From NCBI RefSeq assembly GCF_963921235.1, contig NC_086097.1, forward strand, positions 97,962,001-98,026,000: a stretch of DNA of 64,000 nucleotides, read 5' to 3'. Shown piece after piece: positions 1-11,964 of the stretch (the first letter of the stretch is position 1; every line of letters begins with the position of its first letter). Position numbers and translations under genes: made by a program. The stretch comes from Mobula hypostoma. Lineage: Eukaryota. Below the pieces are notes generated by a model. It had not been told where the DNA came from. It ran no database searches and worked only from the letters and a program-made list of their open reading frames with translations.

Positions 1-180
1 GTTTGTATCATCATCAAATTTATAGATGGCATTTGAGCTAAGCCTAGCCACACAACCATGGGTATAGAAAAAGTAGAGCAGTAGGCTAAGCACACACCCC
101 TGAGGGTGTTGATCATCAGCAAGGTGCTATTAGCAATCTGCACAGATTGTGGTCTTCTGGTTAGGAAGTCAAGGATCCAA
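1..180 (-). mobile_element. Rex1/Babar-like non-LTR retrotransposon RT fragment (cut by window edge)
   Basis: Minus strand translates to PQGCVLSLLLYFFYTHGCVARLSSNAIYKFDDDT, a degenerate PQG..LSP..Y/FADD RT core. Confidence 0.6.
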
Positions 181-189
181 TTACAATCA

Positions 190-2113
190 ACTCTTTAGAA
201 AGAGATGACATGAGACTGGAAGATGTAGAATCCTTGTGGGTAGAGTTAAGAAACCGTAAGGGTAAAAAGACCCTGATGGGAGCTACAAACAGGTCTCAGA
301 ACAGTAGCCAGGATGTGGGGTACAAACTACAATGGGAGATAGATAAGAAATGTAAAAACGGCCATGTTACAATAGTCATAAGCGATTTCAATATGCAGGC
401 AGTTTAGGAAAATCGGGTTGGTGATGGACCCCAAGACAGAATTTGTAGAATACCTACAAGATGGCTGGATTGGGTGTTGTGTAATGAACCAGATTTGATT
501 AGGGAGTTGAAGGTAAAGGAACCCTTAGGAGGCAATGTCCACATCAATGTGAATTCACTTTGTAATTTGAGAGGGAGAAGCTGAAGTCAGATGTATTAGT
601 ATTACTGTGGAGGAAAGGGAATTACAAAAGCATGAGAGAGGAGCTGGCCAAAGTTGACTGGAAAGGGACACAAGCAGGGAATTTGGCAGAACAGCAATGG
701 AGTTTGTGAGAGCAATTTAGTACGTGCAGGACAGATACATCCCAAAGCAGTATTGTAGTATTCTAAAGACAGGATGATGCAACTATGGCCAACAAAGAAA
801 GTCAAAGTAAAAGCAAAAGACAGGCCATATAATCGAGGAAACATTAGTGGAAAGTTAGTGAGAAACTTTTAGAAACCAATGAAGGTAGCTAAAAAAGGCA
901 TAAGGGGGGAAAGATCAAATATGAAGGTAAGCTAGCCAACATATCATAGAGGATACCTGAAGTTTTTTTTCAGATATATACGGAAAGAGAGGCAACAGTA
1001 GATATTGAAACACTCACAACACGCCGGAGGAACTCAGCAGCTCAGACAGTTTGCTGCCCGACCTGCTGAGTTCCTCCGGCGTGTGAGTGTTGCTTTGACC
1101 CCAGCATCTGCAGATTATTTTGTGAGTAGATATTGGACTGTTGGAAAATGACACTGGAGGGTAGTAACAGGAGACAAGGAAAGGGCAGATGAACTGAATA
1201 AGTATTTTGCATTAGTCTTCACTGGAAGACACTCGCAGTATGCCCGAGGTTCAAGAGTGTCAGGAGGTGGAAGTGTGTGAACTTTCCATTACTAGCGGAA
1301 GTTTCTTGGGAAACTGAGAGGTCTGAAGGTAGGTAAGTCATCTGGATAGATGGTGTTCTGAAAGAGGTGGCCGAAGAGATTGTGGAGGCATTAGTAATGA
1401 TCTTTCAAGAATCATTAGATTCTGGAATGGTTCCAGAGGACTGGAAAATTGCAAATGACACTCCACACTTCAAGTAGAGAGGAAGGCAGAAGAAAGGAAA
1501 TTATAGGCCAATTAGTCTGAACTCAGTGGTTGGGAAGATGTTGGAGTTGATTGTTAACAATGTAGCTTCAGAGTGCTTGGAGGCAAATAAAATAGGATAA
1601 AGTCAGCATGGTTTCCTTAGGGGAAAATCTTGCCTGACAAACCTATTAGAATTCTTTGAGGAAATAACAAGCAGGATAAAGAAAGAAAAATCAGTAGATG
1701 TTACGTACTTGGATTTTCAGAAGGCATTTGACAAGGTGCCACACGTGAGGCTGCTTAACGAGATAACAGCCCATGGTGTTACAGGGAAGGTACTAGCATT
1801 GGCTGATTGGCAGGAGGCAAAGAGTGGAATAAAGGGAGACTTTTCTAATTGGCTGTCAGTGATTAGTGGTGTTTCACAAGGGTGGGTTTTGAAAACACCT
1901 CTTTTTACTTTTTATGTCAATGTTTTGGATGACAGAATCGATGGCTTTGTGGATAGCTTTGCAAATGATACAAAGATAGGTGGAGGGGCAGGTAGTGTTG
2001 AGGAAGCATGGAGGCTGCAGAAGGACTTGAACGATTTAGGAGAATGAACTAAGCAGTGGCAAATGAAATACAGTGTTGGGAGCTTAGGGTGAAACACTTT
2101 GGTAGAAGGAATA
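190..2113 (+). mobile_element. Degraded CR1 LINE ORF2 (APE endonuclease to RT)
   Basis: ORFs 210-407 (VESLWVELRNRKGKKTLMG) and 1709-2047 (DFQKAFDKVPH..FANDTK); many stops and frameshifts; ends abruptly at the ERV LTR. Confidence 0.9.
1008..1124. mobile_element. Short fold-back Penelope-end element with 11-bp target-site duplication
   Basis: Inverted arms 1020-1040 and 1063-1083; TSD AGTAGATATTG at 997-1007 and 1125-1135; sequence matches Penelope 3' ends elsewhere in the window. Confidence 0.75.
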
Positions 2114-2204
2114 TGTCGAGTACCTTTTCACTATGTCTTATAACAAGCAACAATTATCTCAGAGTAGATCAATTATAAGTGCATTTATTTGATTTGCAGC
2201 AAGG

Positions 2205-3120
2205 CATCACGAACCCCGTGACGGGAATAAAGAACCAGCAGAGATGGAAAACACTTTGGAGTCTAATATTGCTATAAACTAATAATATTTATTAGTGACT
2301 ATGCAATACAGTAATATAAATGTAAATAAATCAAACAGGTTAGCAATGATTATATGTATAAGTAAGGATATCAGTAAGTGTGGAATATATATGTATGAAA
2401 AACCAAGCTTCTTTAAGTCTGGGGTAAAAAGATACAGTCTTACGATGATGAGTAAAGTTCAGTTCAGTTCGTGGTATTTAGTTGAGTAGCGATGGAGAGT
2501 GAGAGAGAGCTTTGAGTCTTCAGTTGAGCTGATGCCGTCGATCTTCTTGTCCTCCAAAATCCTTCACAAGTCACCGACTGTAACTTTAACAAGGGGGACC
2601 GGTTTTCTGTGGTGGAGCTATCACCCAGGCAAGGGTGGACACATAGACAACTACCCACCAGTCAACCCCTTCTCCTCCTTCCACTGCAAGAGCGATTGGA
2701 TTGATCCTCCAAAACCCACTTTCTCTGCAGGCACAACAATGCTCATTCAGTGTCCAGATCATGTGTCTGAGGTCTGTATCATCTGACCTCTTATTTATCT
2801 CACCGTGCTGAGCATCACCTGTCATTCAAAGAGTCCCTCCTTCCTTGGTCTGTGAAGAAATACAAGCAGGCAGAAATCTCCTTGAAAGTAACATCAATAA
2901 TGTGCTGTTGGTCACCATAGCAACTTTCGAGCTGCTCGGTGCCCGGTGCTATCTCCAAAGTAGAAATCCAAAGTTACCTCCTGTGCCCTAACGGGACAGT
3001 CCAACCATTAATCTTCGTCTCTCTCTCTCTCTTTTCAAACAAACCATCGGTGATAAATAACTCTCTCTCTCTCTCTCTCTCTTCTAACAGTTAATAGGGG
3101 CACTCCAGGATCCCCTCACA
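2205..3120. mobile_element. Solo-LTR-like insertion inside the ERV LTR
   Basis: Ends in ...TCACA; flanks CAAGG and AAAGG form an imperfect 5-bp TSD; left end reads CA rather than TG; removing it restores plausible TATA-to-polyA spacing in the host LTR. Confidence 0.5.
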
Positions 3121-3241
3121 AAAGGAAGACTGGCACTGCACAAGAATTGGTGAAAGCTTTGGAAAAAACAAACACTATCATCATTCTTTTATACACAAGT
3201 GTTAACTACCCATACTTTAGTTCAAGGAAAGTGTGGATTTC

Positions 3242-3398
3242 GCAACACTCACAACACGCTGGAGGAACTCAGCAGGTCGGGCAGCATCCGTGGAAAAGAT
3301 CGGTCGATGTTTCCACGGATGCTGCCCGACCTGCTGAGTTCCTCCAGCGTGTTGTGAGTGTTGCTTTGACCCCAGCATCTGCAGATTATTTTGTGTTT
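3242..3398. mobile_element. Fold-back Penelope-end element with a perfect 55-bp inverted repeat
   Basis: 3242-3296 is the exact reverse complement of 3310-3364 (13-nt loop), followed by the conserved tail CCAGCATCTGCAGATTATTTTGTG. Confidence 0.85.
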
Positions 3399-3584
3399 AG
3401 GGTGCATTTTGTCCTTCTGCTTAATCAATGTACAGTATTAGGCATTCTTACAGTAATGCATCTGCTGGTTTGCAGTTTGTCAAGGACTCAAGTTCTATTG
3501 GCATAATTTTGCAGGAACACGATTAAAAAAACACTCTGGTACAATACAGGTTCCATTTTGTTACAAGTAAAGTACATTTCCACA

Positions 3585-3597
3585 TTCCCTCCTTTTT
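3585..3597 (-). promoter_or_regulatory. Retroviral polypurine tract
   Basis: AAAAAGGAGGGAA on minus, immediately followed by TG and downstream of env. Confidence 0.7.
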
Positions 3598-3759
3598 GTC
3601 ATTTCATGACAACTCTACATTTCACCAAATACATTAATTGAAATATGTTTATAAAGCAATGATGCAGTTTCAAAGCCCAACCCAAAATTCCCTTTTTGTC
3701 CGTCCATGTCAATGAGCACCCATTCCTTTTCTTAATATTCTCTTCTTCATCCTGTTATT

Positions 3760-4830
3760 TCTCACAAAAATTGTAAAAGAATAACAGCCATTATTCTAAC
3801 ACCAATTGTTATTTCATAATACAGAGTAGTTATCTACCATCTTCTCAGTGTTCTGAATGGCCAACGTCCACCTTCCAGAGTGTAGTAGTTGTGATACCGA
3901 TCCCTCACTTTCTTAACCTTCTCAGATGTAGTTTGCCAAGTTAGCTATATTTTCTGATTTATCACATATGTAAGAGCAGCATTCTTGCTCTATCAGGGCA
4001 CAAAAGCACCCCTTTTCTGACAGAATAAAATCCAAAGCCATTCTGTTCTGGAATGCTACTGTATGAACAGCCAGCAGTTCTGCCAACAACTTGGTAGATG
4101 CTTGCTGGGTTTGATCAAAGGGACAGGCAGTCTCTTTCGCTATTTTCTCCAAAGCCGATGCCATATTAATCAGTTGCTGGGACAATCTTGCAGTCCCAAA
4201 CGCAAGAAAAGCAATCATCCAAAATCACTTGGCCTCTGGTGCCACCGGACCAAGGGCCAGGTTTCACAAATGAAGCACTATGTAGGCAAGTTAAGAGCAG
4301 CCCTTCCAGGGCCATGACTCTCTCCACCTCCCCTCATACTGAGGGGAAACGTCCGGCAGCCGGGGGTGGGCCCAGTAAGCACATACCCAATAAGTTCCAT
4401 TCAGCAAATGGGGAGGACTGAAATTTGTCTGTTCCGTACATGTAACTGCTCCACAGATAGGGGTCCTTGCCCCTCACATTGCAGTGCCATGTTACCTGAT
4501 CAACACCCGCGGCCACTGCGTCGGACAGTTTCATGTGAGGAACCTGGTCCCAATACTTCTTGTGACTGCACCAATCCCTCTTAAACGGAGGAACATACCA
4601 TGCATTAAAACACTCGTAATGGCAATCTGTGTCTGTTTCCGGGTTTCAGTTTGTTTCCACTCATTCCCGAGCGTGGACGCTGAACCCATTTGTTGGAATT
4701 AAAGGGAACCGCCCATAGCGGGACTCCGCCTTCACCATGGAATGGAACATGGGTAGAAAGTCAAACATGCTGAAATGTTCAATCTTTGGGCATATTCATT
4801 ACCGAAAAGGAAAGAGATATAAGCAGGGGC
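3760..4830 (-). pseudogene. env: Endogenous retrovirus env remnant (gamma-type TM subunit)
   Basis: ORF 3922-4218 has an immunosuppressive-domain-like FQNRMALDFIL and CX6CC (CALIEQECC), a fusion-peptide-like FWMIAF upstream and a frameshifted hydrophobic anchor downstream; Cys-rich SU-like fragments to about 4830. Confidence 0.85.
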
Positions 4831-6500
4831 ACTGTTTATATGTGCCCAGGCGTCCCTTAGTTCCAGCTTCGCCAGTGGGAGCAGGGCGATCGGTGCAGTG
4901 TTGAGGGGTAATTCCCTCCTCCTCACCCTCCAGGAAAAGAGTACTGTGCCCTGCGGCAGTGATGGTCACTTTACGTGGCTCAGCCGTGCCATCCTATCCG
5001 TCTCGTTTGGTTGGAGGGCCCAAAGTTGCGGTGGGACTTTGGAGAGTAAGAGTTCCACATCAGCACTGAACAACAGCTCTTGTACAACCTCCGCTCCTAA
5101 TGTACGAGGGAGCGATCAAAGAAAGTCCTCACCTCCTTCCAGTCGCCACAGACACCATTCAGTCGTTTCCGGGACCTTCTGTCATGGCGGTCCTCACTGA
5201 GCCTTCACCATTGGTCCAAGGTCCTAGGTCCTTTGCGCTTCACTTCTGGAAACTGCCGGAGTCAGGTGGGGTTCGGTTTTCGGGATCACTGAACCATGCG
5301 GGGAAGATGCGCGACTGCCACAGCACCGGAATCACAATTATGGCAATATTTCAGAACAATTTCCTTGCCGATATAGGGGTCCAATTTCTGATGCATACAA
5401 TGGTCATTTCCAGCGAGTACAGGTAAAATAATAGTGCTATTTACCGAGTTGCAGGTCTAAACCGGATCTAGAGAAATCTCTGGGGCCCTTAAAGGCACTT
5501 TCGCAAAAATAATTCCAAATTCTTTGAAAAGTGGGCAGATATACAAAATAGGTTGACTGCTGCTGAAATACTATCATGCACAATGCCTCCCTGGTATACG
5601 TACATTAAGTCCCTCAGGAATGCAGGTAATACTAGCTCACAGTTTACACAATAAATCTCTCCCACATGTGTTTACAGGCACATCCAGAGAGAGTAGAAAG
5701 GTATGAACGAAATCCTGGGCTCCTGTGCTAACCTCCACCGGGGCTCATTTCGGGACATCAATAGGCTGTCCTCTGTTTGGGAAGGTCAGAGCGCAATTCC
5801 GGCCGAAGATGGTTTGCAATAATACTACTTGCCGGTCTCCTGGCTTGCTCTTTCAGCAGTCCGGAATAATATTATTCTCCACACTAACCTCTACCTTGTG
5901 TCTCCATAATCTAAGACCAACTAGCATTTTTCAGGAAAGACAGCAAGTAATGCATTGTACTTATTTCTACAAAAATCTTCATTTGGTATGGTGGCAGCAT
6001 TGTTATGGTGTTCTTGAAAGCCCTGGAATTTAACCTTGTAAAATTCAAATTTGGGCATTAACCATGCCCTCATTAAGGTTTCCAAATCCAGAATACTAGG
6101 TTGCCGACTCTAACCAATAGTTGTAAGTTTCTGAATAGCTTTTCCAAACCTGTCTCCAGGTTGGGCAGTTTTCCACCGATTTCCCTTCCCACATTTAGTA
6201 CACAGTCTGTGCTGGTGTCCGCATATTTACTCCCTTGTCTCATTATTACCAATTTCTAGTCTATTTTTCTCATCTTACTTACAATATTTTCTTTCTTTTG
6301 TTCAATGCAGCGTCCTGATGCGATTAAGTTTTGGAGCTCAGTTTCCACAAATCCACTGATTCTTTTTACCCTTACCAGAGAGTCCCTGACACTCTGTATC
6401 ATACAGACTTGTTGCATCCCTGATGCCAGAGGTGTCCCTGACAATCTTACTATTCAAATTTGGTGCGTCCCCAGACTCTCACCGCTCAAATATAATCCTG
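4831..6500 (-). mobile_element. Probable ERV internal remnant (integrase tail, gag and leader; heavily deleted)
   Basis: LLPLAKLELRDAWAHI near 4840-4890 loosely resembles the integrase C-terminus; CHNC near 5330 may be a broken zinc knuckle; no RT motif, PBS or 5' LTR found. Confidence 0.35.
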
Positions 6501-6532
6501 TTACGGATCCCCATGCCGAAAGTGTCGGAATA

Positions 6533-6603
6533 TGAGTGAGAGAGAGAGTGAGTGAGTGAGTGAGTGAGTGAGTGAGTGAGTGAGAGAGAGAGAGAGAGAG
6601 AGA
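6533..6603. repeat. (GAGT)n/(GA)n compound microsatellite
   Basis: Directly visible. Confidence 0.95.
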
Positions 6604-7476
6604 GGAGGGGAAAACACATTCAATAGACGGTAGCACAGTTCGCAGTGTACTGGACGGGAAAGGGACAGAACCCAGTATCGGCTACTCCACCTCATCTTCC
6701 CATGTAGTCCTGACCTTCTGTTAACCAGCCATCTTGTCCTTCATACTTCTGCCAGCTTGCAGACGAGTACTACGTCCATCCAGTGGTACCTAGCAAGTGG
6801 CCTACGAATCTGCTGACTGCATTATCTGCGGTTCTACTGTCAAGTCAGAGAATTTGGTTCGGTTATTTATCTAATCTTGGCTTCATTTAATCTTCAGTTC
6901 TACAACGTCTGACTTCCTTATAGAGCGAAAACATGTCTTGGGCTGGAACATGTTCAATCACCGTTGTTAGCAGTGGAGGATTTCAAAGGTCTACAACCTT
7001 TCAACAAGGTAAATCTCTCTTCATCTCCTACTCACAGCGTGTATTTATGCTCACATGTTCATACATTGAAACACACATGTTCTTGTCACGTGAGGGTCAC
7101 TGTGAGCATTACCAACAATGTTGGAGTTGTTATGTGCCCATATACCTCATTCAGTATTTTTTCTGTCCCACCGGCCTAAGAGCGTGGGGACTAAGATTTG
7201 GGGATCAGGCCTATGCTGGACGGGGGTGGGGAGAGACAGAGATGTGTGAGAGTGAGAGAGAATGTGTGTGTGTGAGAGAGAGAGAAAAAAAGTGAGAGTG
7301 TGTGTGTAAGAGATTGTGTTCGTGTTTATTAGCAGAGGGAAAATTACTACTTTGCAAGCAACCTCTCTGCAACAGACAAGCTTTAAAGAGAAAAGATCAC
7401 CTAACCACACGGAACTATGCTTCCCAGCACACCCCCGTGACCTGTTTGAATTGAGCTGGATCTTAGAGGGTCTCCG

Positions 7477-7590
7477 TCACGCAGACCGAGAGTCCTGCAC
7501 ACGAGTGCCAGACAACTTCAAGATGAGCTCCAACTTAAGTGCACATTTGGCTGTTTAAGAGTAATGGGCCGTTTTGTTTTTTTTCCTTTA
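7477..7590 (+). mobile_element. Fragment of the LTR family at 11192-11964, split by a CR1 (continues at 10857-10886)
   Basis: Shares TTCAAGATGAGCTCCAACTTAAGTGCACATTTGGCTGTTTAAGAGTAATGGGCC with 11590-11644; the next LTR segment CTTTTATTTAATAACTGTTTGCTTAAATT resumes at 10858. Confidence 0.75.
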
Positions 7591-10500
7591 CAATACAGGC
7601 CCTTCGACCCATAAAGCTGTGCCGAATATGTCCTTACCTTAGAACTACATACGCTTACCCAAGCCCTCTATTTTTCTAAGCTCCGTGTATCCATCCAGGA
7701 ATCTCCAGAAGACCATAAGACAAAGGAGCAGAAGTAGGCCATTCGGCCCATCGAGTCTGCTCCGCCATTTTATCATGATCTGATCCATTTTATCCTATTT
7801 AGTCCCACTGCCCGCCTTCTCACCATAACCTTTGATGCCCTGGCTACTCAGATATCTATCAATCTCTGCCTTAAATACACCCAATAACTTGGCCTCCACT
7901 GCTGCCCGTGGCAACAAATTCCATAGATTCACCACCCTCTGATTAAAAAAAAAAAAATTTTCTTAAAAGACCCTATCGTATCTGCCTCCACCATCGCCGC
8001 CGGCAGCCTATTCCACACACTCACCACTCCCTGCGTAAAAAACATACCCCTGACATCTCCTCTGTACCTACTTCCAAGCACCTTAAAACTATGCCCTCTC
8101 GTGCTAGCCATTTCAGCCCTGAGAAAAAGCCTCTGACTATCCACACAATCAATGCCTCTCATTATCTTGTACACCTCTATCAGGTCACCTCTCATCCTCC
8201 ATTACTCCAAGGAGAAAAAGCCAAGTTCACTCAACCTATTCTCATAAGGCATTCTCCCCAATCCAGGCAACATCCTTGTAAATCTCCTCTGCAACCTTTC
8301 TATGGTTTCCACATCCTTCCTTTGGTGAGGCAACCAAAATTGACCACAGTACTCCAAGTGGGGTCTGACCAGGGTCCTATACAGCTGCAACATTACCTCT
8401 CGGCTCTTAAACTCAGTCCCACGATTGATGAAAGCCAATACACCGTATGCCTTCTTAACCACAGAGTCAAACTGTGTAGCAGCTTTGAGTGTCCTATGGT
8501 CTCGGTCCCCAAGATCCTCCACACTGCCAAGAGTCTTGCTATTAATGCTATACTCTGCCATCATATTTGACCTACCAAAATGAACCACCTCACACTTATC
8601 TGAGTTGAACTCCATCTGCCACTTCTCAGCCCAGTTTTGCATCTTATCAATGTCCCGCTGTAACCTCTAACAGCCCTTCACACAATCCACAACATCCCCA
8701 ACCTTTGTGTCATCAGCAAATTTACTAACCCATCCCTCCACTTCCTCATTCAGGTCATTTATAAAAATCAAAGAGTAAGGGTCCCAGAACAGCTTCCTGA
8801 GGCACACCTCCATGCAGAATATGACCTGTCTACAACCACTCTTTACCTTCTGTGAGCAAGCCAGTTCTGGATCCAGGAAGCAATGTCGCCTTGGACCCCA
8901 TGCCTTCTTACTTTCTCAATAAGCCTTGCATGGGGTACCTTATCAAATGCCTTGCTAAAATCCATATACACAACATCTACGACTCTACCTTCATGAATGT
9001 GTTTAGTCACATCCTCAAAAAATTCAATCAGGCTCGTAAGGCACGACCTGCCTTTGACAAAGCTATGCTGACTATTCCTAATCATATTATGCCTCTCCAA
9101 ATGTTCATAAATCCTGCCTCTCAGGATCTTCTTTCCATCAACTTACCAACCACTTAAGTAAGACTCACCGGTCTGTAATTTCCTGGGCTATCCCTATTTC
9201 CCTTCTTGAATAAGGAAACAACATCCGCAACCCTGCAATCCTCTGGAACCTCTCCCGTCCTCATTGATGATGCAAAGATCATCACCAGAGGCTCAGCAAT
9301 CTCCTCCCTCGCTTCCCACAGTAGCCTGGGGTATATCCTGTCCGGTCCCGGTGACTTGTCTAACTTGATGCTTTCCAAAAGCTCCAGCACATCCTCTTCC
9401 TTAATATCTACATGCTCAAGCTTTTCAGTCCGCTGCGAGTCATCCATACAATTGCCAAGATCCTTTTTCGTAGTGAATACTGAAGCAAAGTATTCATTTA
9501 GTACCTCTGCTGTCTCCTCTGGTTCCATTCACACTTCTACACTGTCACATTTGATTGGTCTTATTCTCTCATGTCTTATCCTCTTTCTCTTCACATACTT
9601 GTAGAATGCCTTGGGGTTTTCCTTAATCCTGTCCACCAAGGCCTTCTCATGGCCCCTTCTGACTCTCCCAATTTCATTCTTAAACTCCTTCCTGCTAGCC
9701 TTATAATCTTCTAGATCTCTATCATTACCTACTTTTTGAACCTTTCATAAGCTCTTCTTTTCTTCTTGACTAGATTTACAACAGCCTTTGTACACCACGG
9801 TTCCTGTACCCTACCATCCTTTCCCTGTCTCATTGGAATGTATCTATGCAGAACCCCACGCAAATATCCCCTGAACATTTGCCACATTTCTTCCGTACAT
9901 TTCCCTGAGAACATCCGTTTCCAATTTATGCTTCCAAGTTCCTGTCTGATAGCCTCATATTTCCCCTTACTCCAATTAAACATTTCCCTAACTTGTCTGT
10001 TCCTATCCCCCTCCAATGCTATGGTAAAGGAGATAGAATTGTGACCACTATCTCCAAAATGCTCTCCCACTGAGAGACCTGATACCTGACCAGGTTCATT
10101 TCCCAATACCAGATCAAGTACAGCCTCTCCTCTTGTAGGCTTATCTACATATTGTGTCAAGAAACTTCCTGAACACACCTAACAAACTCCACCCCATCTA
10201 AACCCCTTAGCTCCTGGGAACTGCCAATCGATATTTGGGAAATTAAAATCTCCCACCACAACTCTGTTATTCTTTCCAGAATCTGCTCCTCAATGTCCCT
10301 GCTACTATTGGGTGGTCTATAAAAAACAACCAGTAGAGTTATTGACCCCTTCCTATTCCTAACTTCCACCTACAGAGACTCTGTAGACAACCCATGACTT
10401 CCTCCTTTTCTGCAGCAGTGACACTATCTCTGATCAACAGTGCCACATCCCCACCTCTTTTGCCTCCCTCCCTGTCCTTTCTGAAGCATCTAAAGCCTGG

Positions 10501-10856
10501 CACTCGAAGTAGCCATTCCTGCCCCTGCACCATCCAAGTCTCTGTAATGGCCACATCATAGCTCCAACTGCTGATCCACACTCTAAGCTCATCTGCTTTA
10601 TTCAAAATACTCCTCACATTAAAATAGATGCAGCTGAAACCATGGGTCTGAATGCATCCCTTCTTTATCACCTGCCCATCCTCCCTTTCGCACTGTCTCC
10701 AAGCTTTCCCTATTTGTGAGCCAACCTCCCTTTCCTCCGTCACTTCAGTTCCCACCCCCCAGCAATTCTAGTTTAAACCTCCCCGCCATATTGGTCTCCC
10801 TCAGGTTCAAGTGCAACCTGTCCTTTTTGTACAGGTCACACCTGCCCCAGAAGAGG
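7591..10856 (-). mobile_element. CR1 LINE with near-complete but broken ORF2 and the end of ORF1
   Basis: Consecutive minus ORFs 10339-10755, 10157-10369, 9729-10178 (endonuclease), 9154-9528, 8843-9100 (YMDFSKAFDKVPH), 8202-8642, 7929-8195; LFWGRCDLYKKDRLHLN esterase-like ORF1 tail near 10800-10855. Confidence 0.95.
7706..7960 (-). mobile_element. 3' fragment of a second CR1 subfamily nested in the first
   Basis: Closely matches 46176-46420; interrupts the host CR1 3' region. Confidence 0.8.
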
Positions 10857-11191
10857 TCTTTTATTTAATAACTGTTTGCTTAAATTGTTTGTGTCATGCT
10901 TCTTACATTTGAATGTGATGATTAGATTGCATTTGTGTAGCCCACAAATATCATGAAGTATTAACCCATTCTCTCTCTCCACAAATGCCACCTGACCTGC
11001 TGAAGGTATTTTATTTTTATTTTGGATGCCCATTTAGAAAAATCAGTAACTTACTTCTTGTTTTAACAACTGGTTTTATGAGTTCATTGCATCTACATTA
11101 CCTTTATGTTAAAAATGCAATCTGTGGTTAAAGTCTTTCCATCTAAAGTCTCAAAGAACAAATTCTTACTTCAAAATTGCAAATTTGTTTA

Positions 11192-11964
11192 TGTAGCGCC
11201 CTGATTAGGAGTTTTACTGCTATGCTGTAGGTATTTCATTTTAGTAGTTCTGTAAGAGCAGTCAGTTCTGCTTTCAGCCTGCTTGGGTTTGAGCTAAGAT
11301 AACAGGCTTGTTATTCGATTCAGGAATGTGCTGTCAGCCGATCGGGATAGTGGAATACGGAGAAAGTTCTGGAGAACGCTGGCAGGAGCTGGAGGAGGAC
11401 AGGAGGGAAGATGGCTCAGGATACTGTACCTGTTGCACAAGGTGCTTTGTGCAGATGAATGGCTTCAGGAAAGAACCACCAATACTCCTGTGGGAGACCC
11501 GTTTGTCCGAGGTGGATTACGAGCGACGTTTGGAAGGTGGTGTGTGCTTTCACGCAGACTGAGGGTCCAACACATGAGTGACAGACAAATTCAAGATGAG
11601 CTCCAACTTAAGTGCACATTTGGCTGTTTAAGAGTAATGGGCCCTTTTTGTTTCTTGTTCTTTCTTTTATTTAATAACTGTTTGCTTAAATTAACATTCT
11701 TAAATATACTTTATAAATTGTATGCAGTGTACAACGCTATTTCATGTCGGGGGCAGTAAATCACACGGCATTCACACAAACCAGGGTTTGGGTGAGTGAG
11801 ACATCCCAACCTCACGGATTTGGTGGGGCCAAAGTTGTACACATCCTAGATGTATGAAGCCGGAGAAAGGTGGGTTTAATCACCACGGAATCCAGTGGCT
11901 GTGAGCGAGGGGGTAATGAGCCACTTTTCCAGAGATGCCCAGAAAAGGGGGGGGGGGGGTTTCA
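11192..11964. mobile_element. Solo LTR (773 bp) with 4-bp TSD, Gypsy- or ERV-type
   Basis: TG at 11192 and CA at 11964; TTTA at 11188-11191 and 11965-11968. Confidence 0.75.

Larger units (their letters stand above)
2114..3584 (-). mobile_element. 3' LTR of an endogenous retrovirus, interrupted by two insertions
   Basis: On minus it starts TG right after a polypurine tract and ends CA at 2114; TATAAAA at 3193-3187; AATAAA at 2189-2184; about 0.4 kb after removing 2205-3120 and 3242-3398. Confidence 0.7.

Noticed and set aside
6460..6478. TGGTGCG as the retroviral primer-binding site
   Set aside because: Wrong strand for the minus-oriented env, and no adjacent LTR.
8091..10044. Plus-strand ORFs (8091-8570, 9206-9604 etc.; likewise 60629-61378 and 42723-43184)
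   Set aside because: Antisense shadows of CR1 ORF2.
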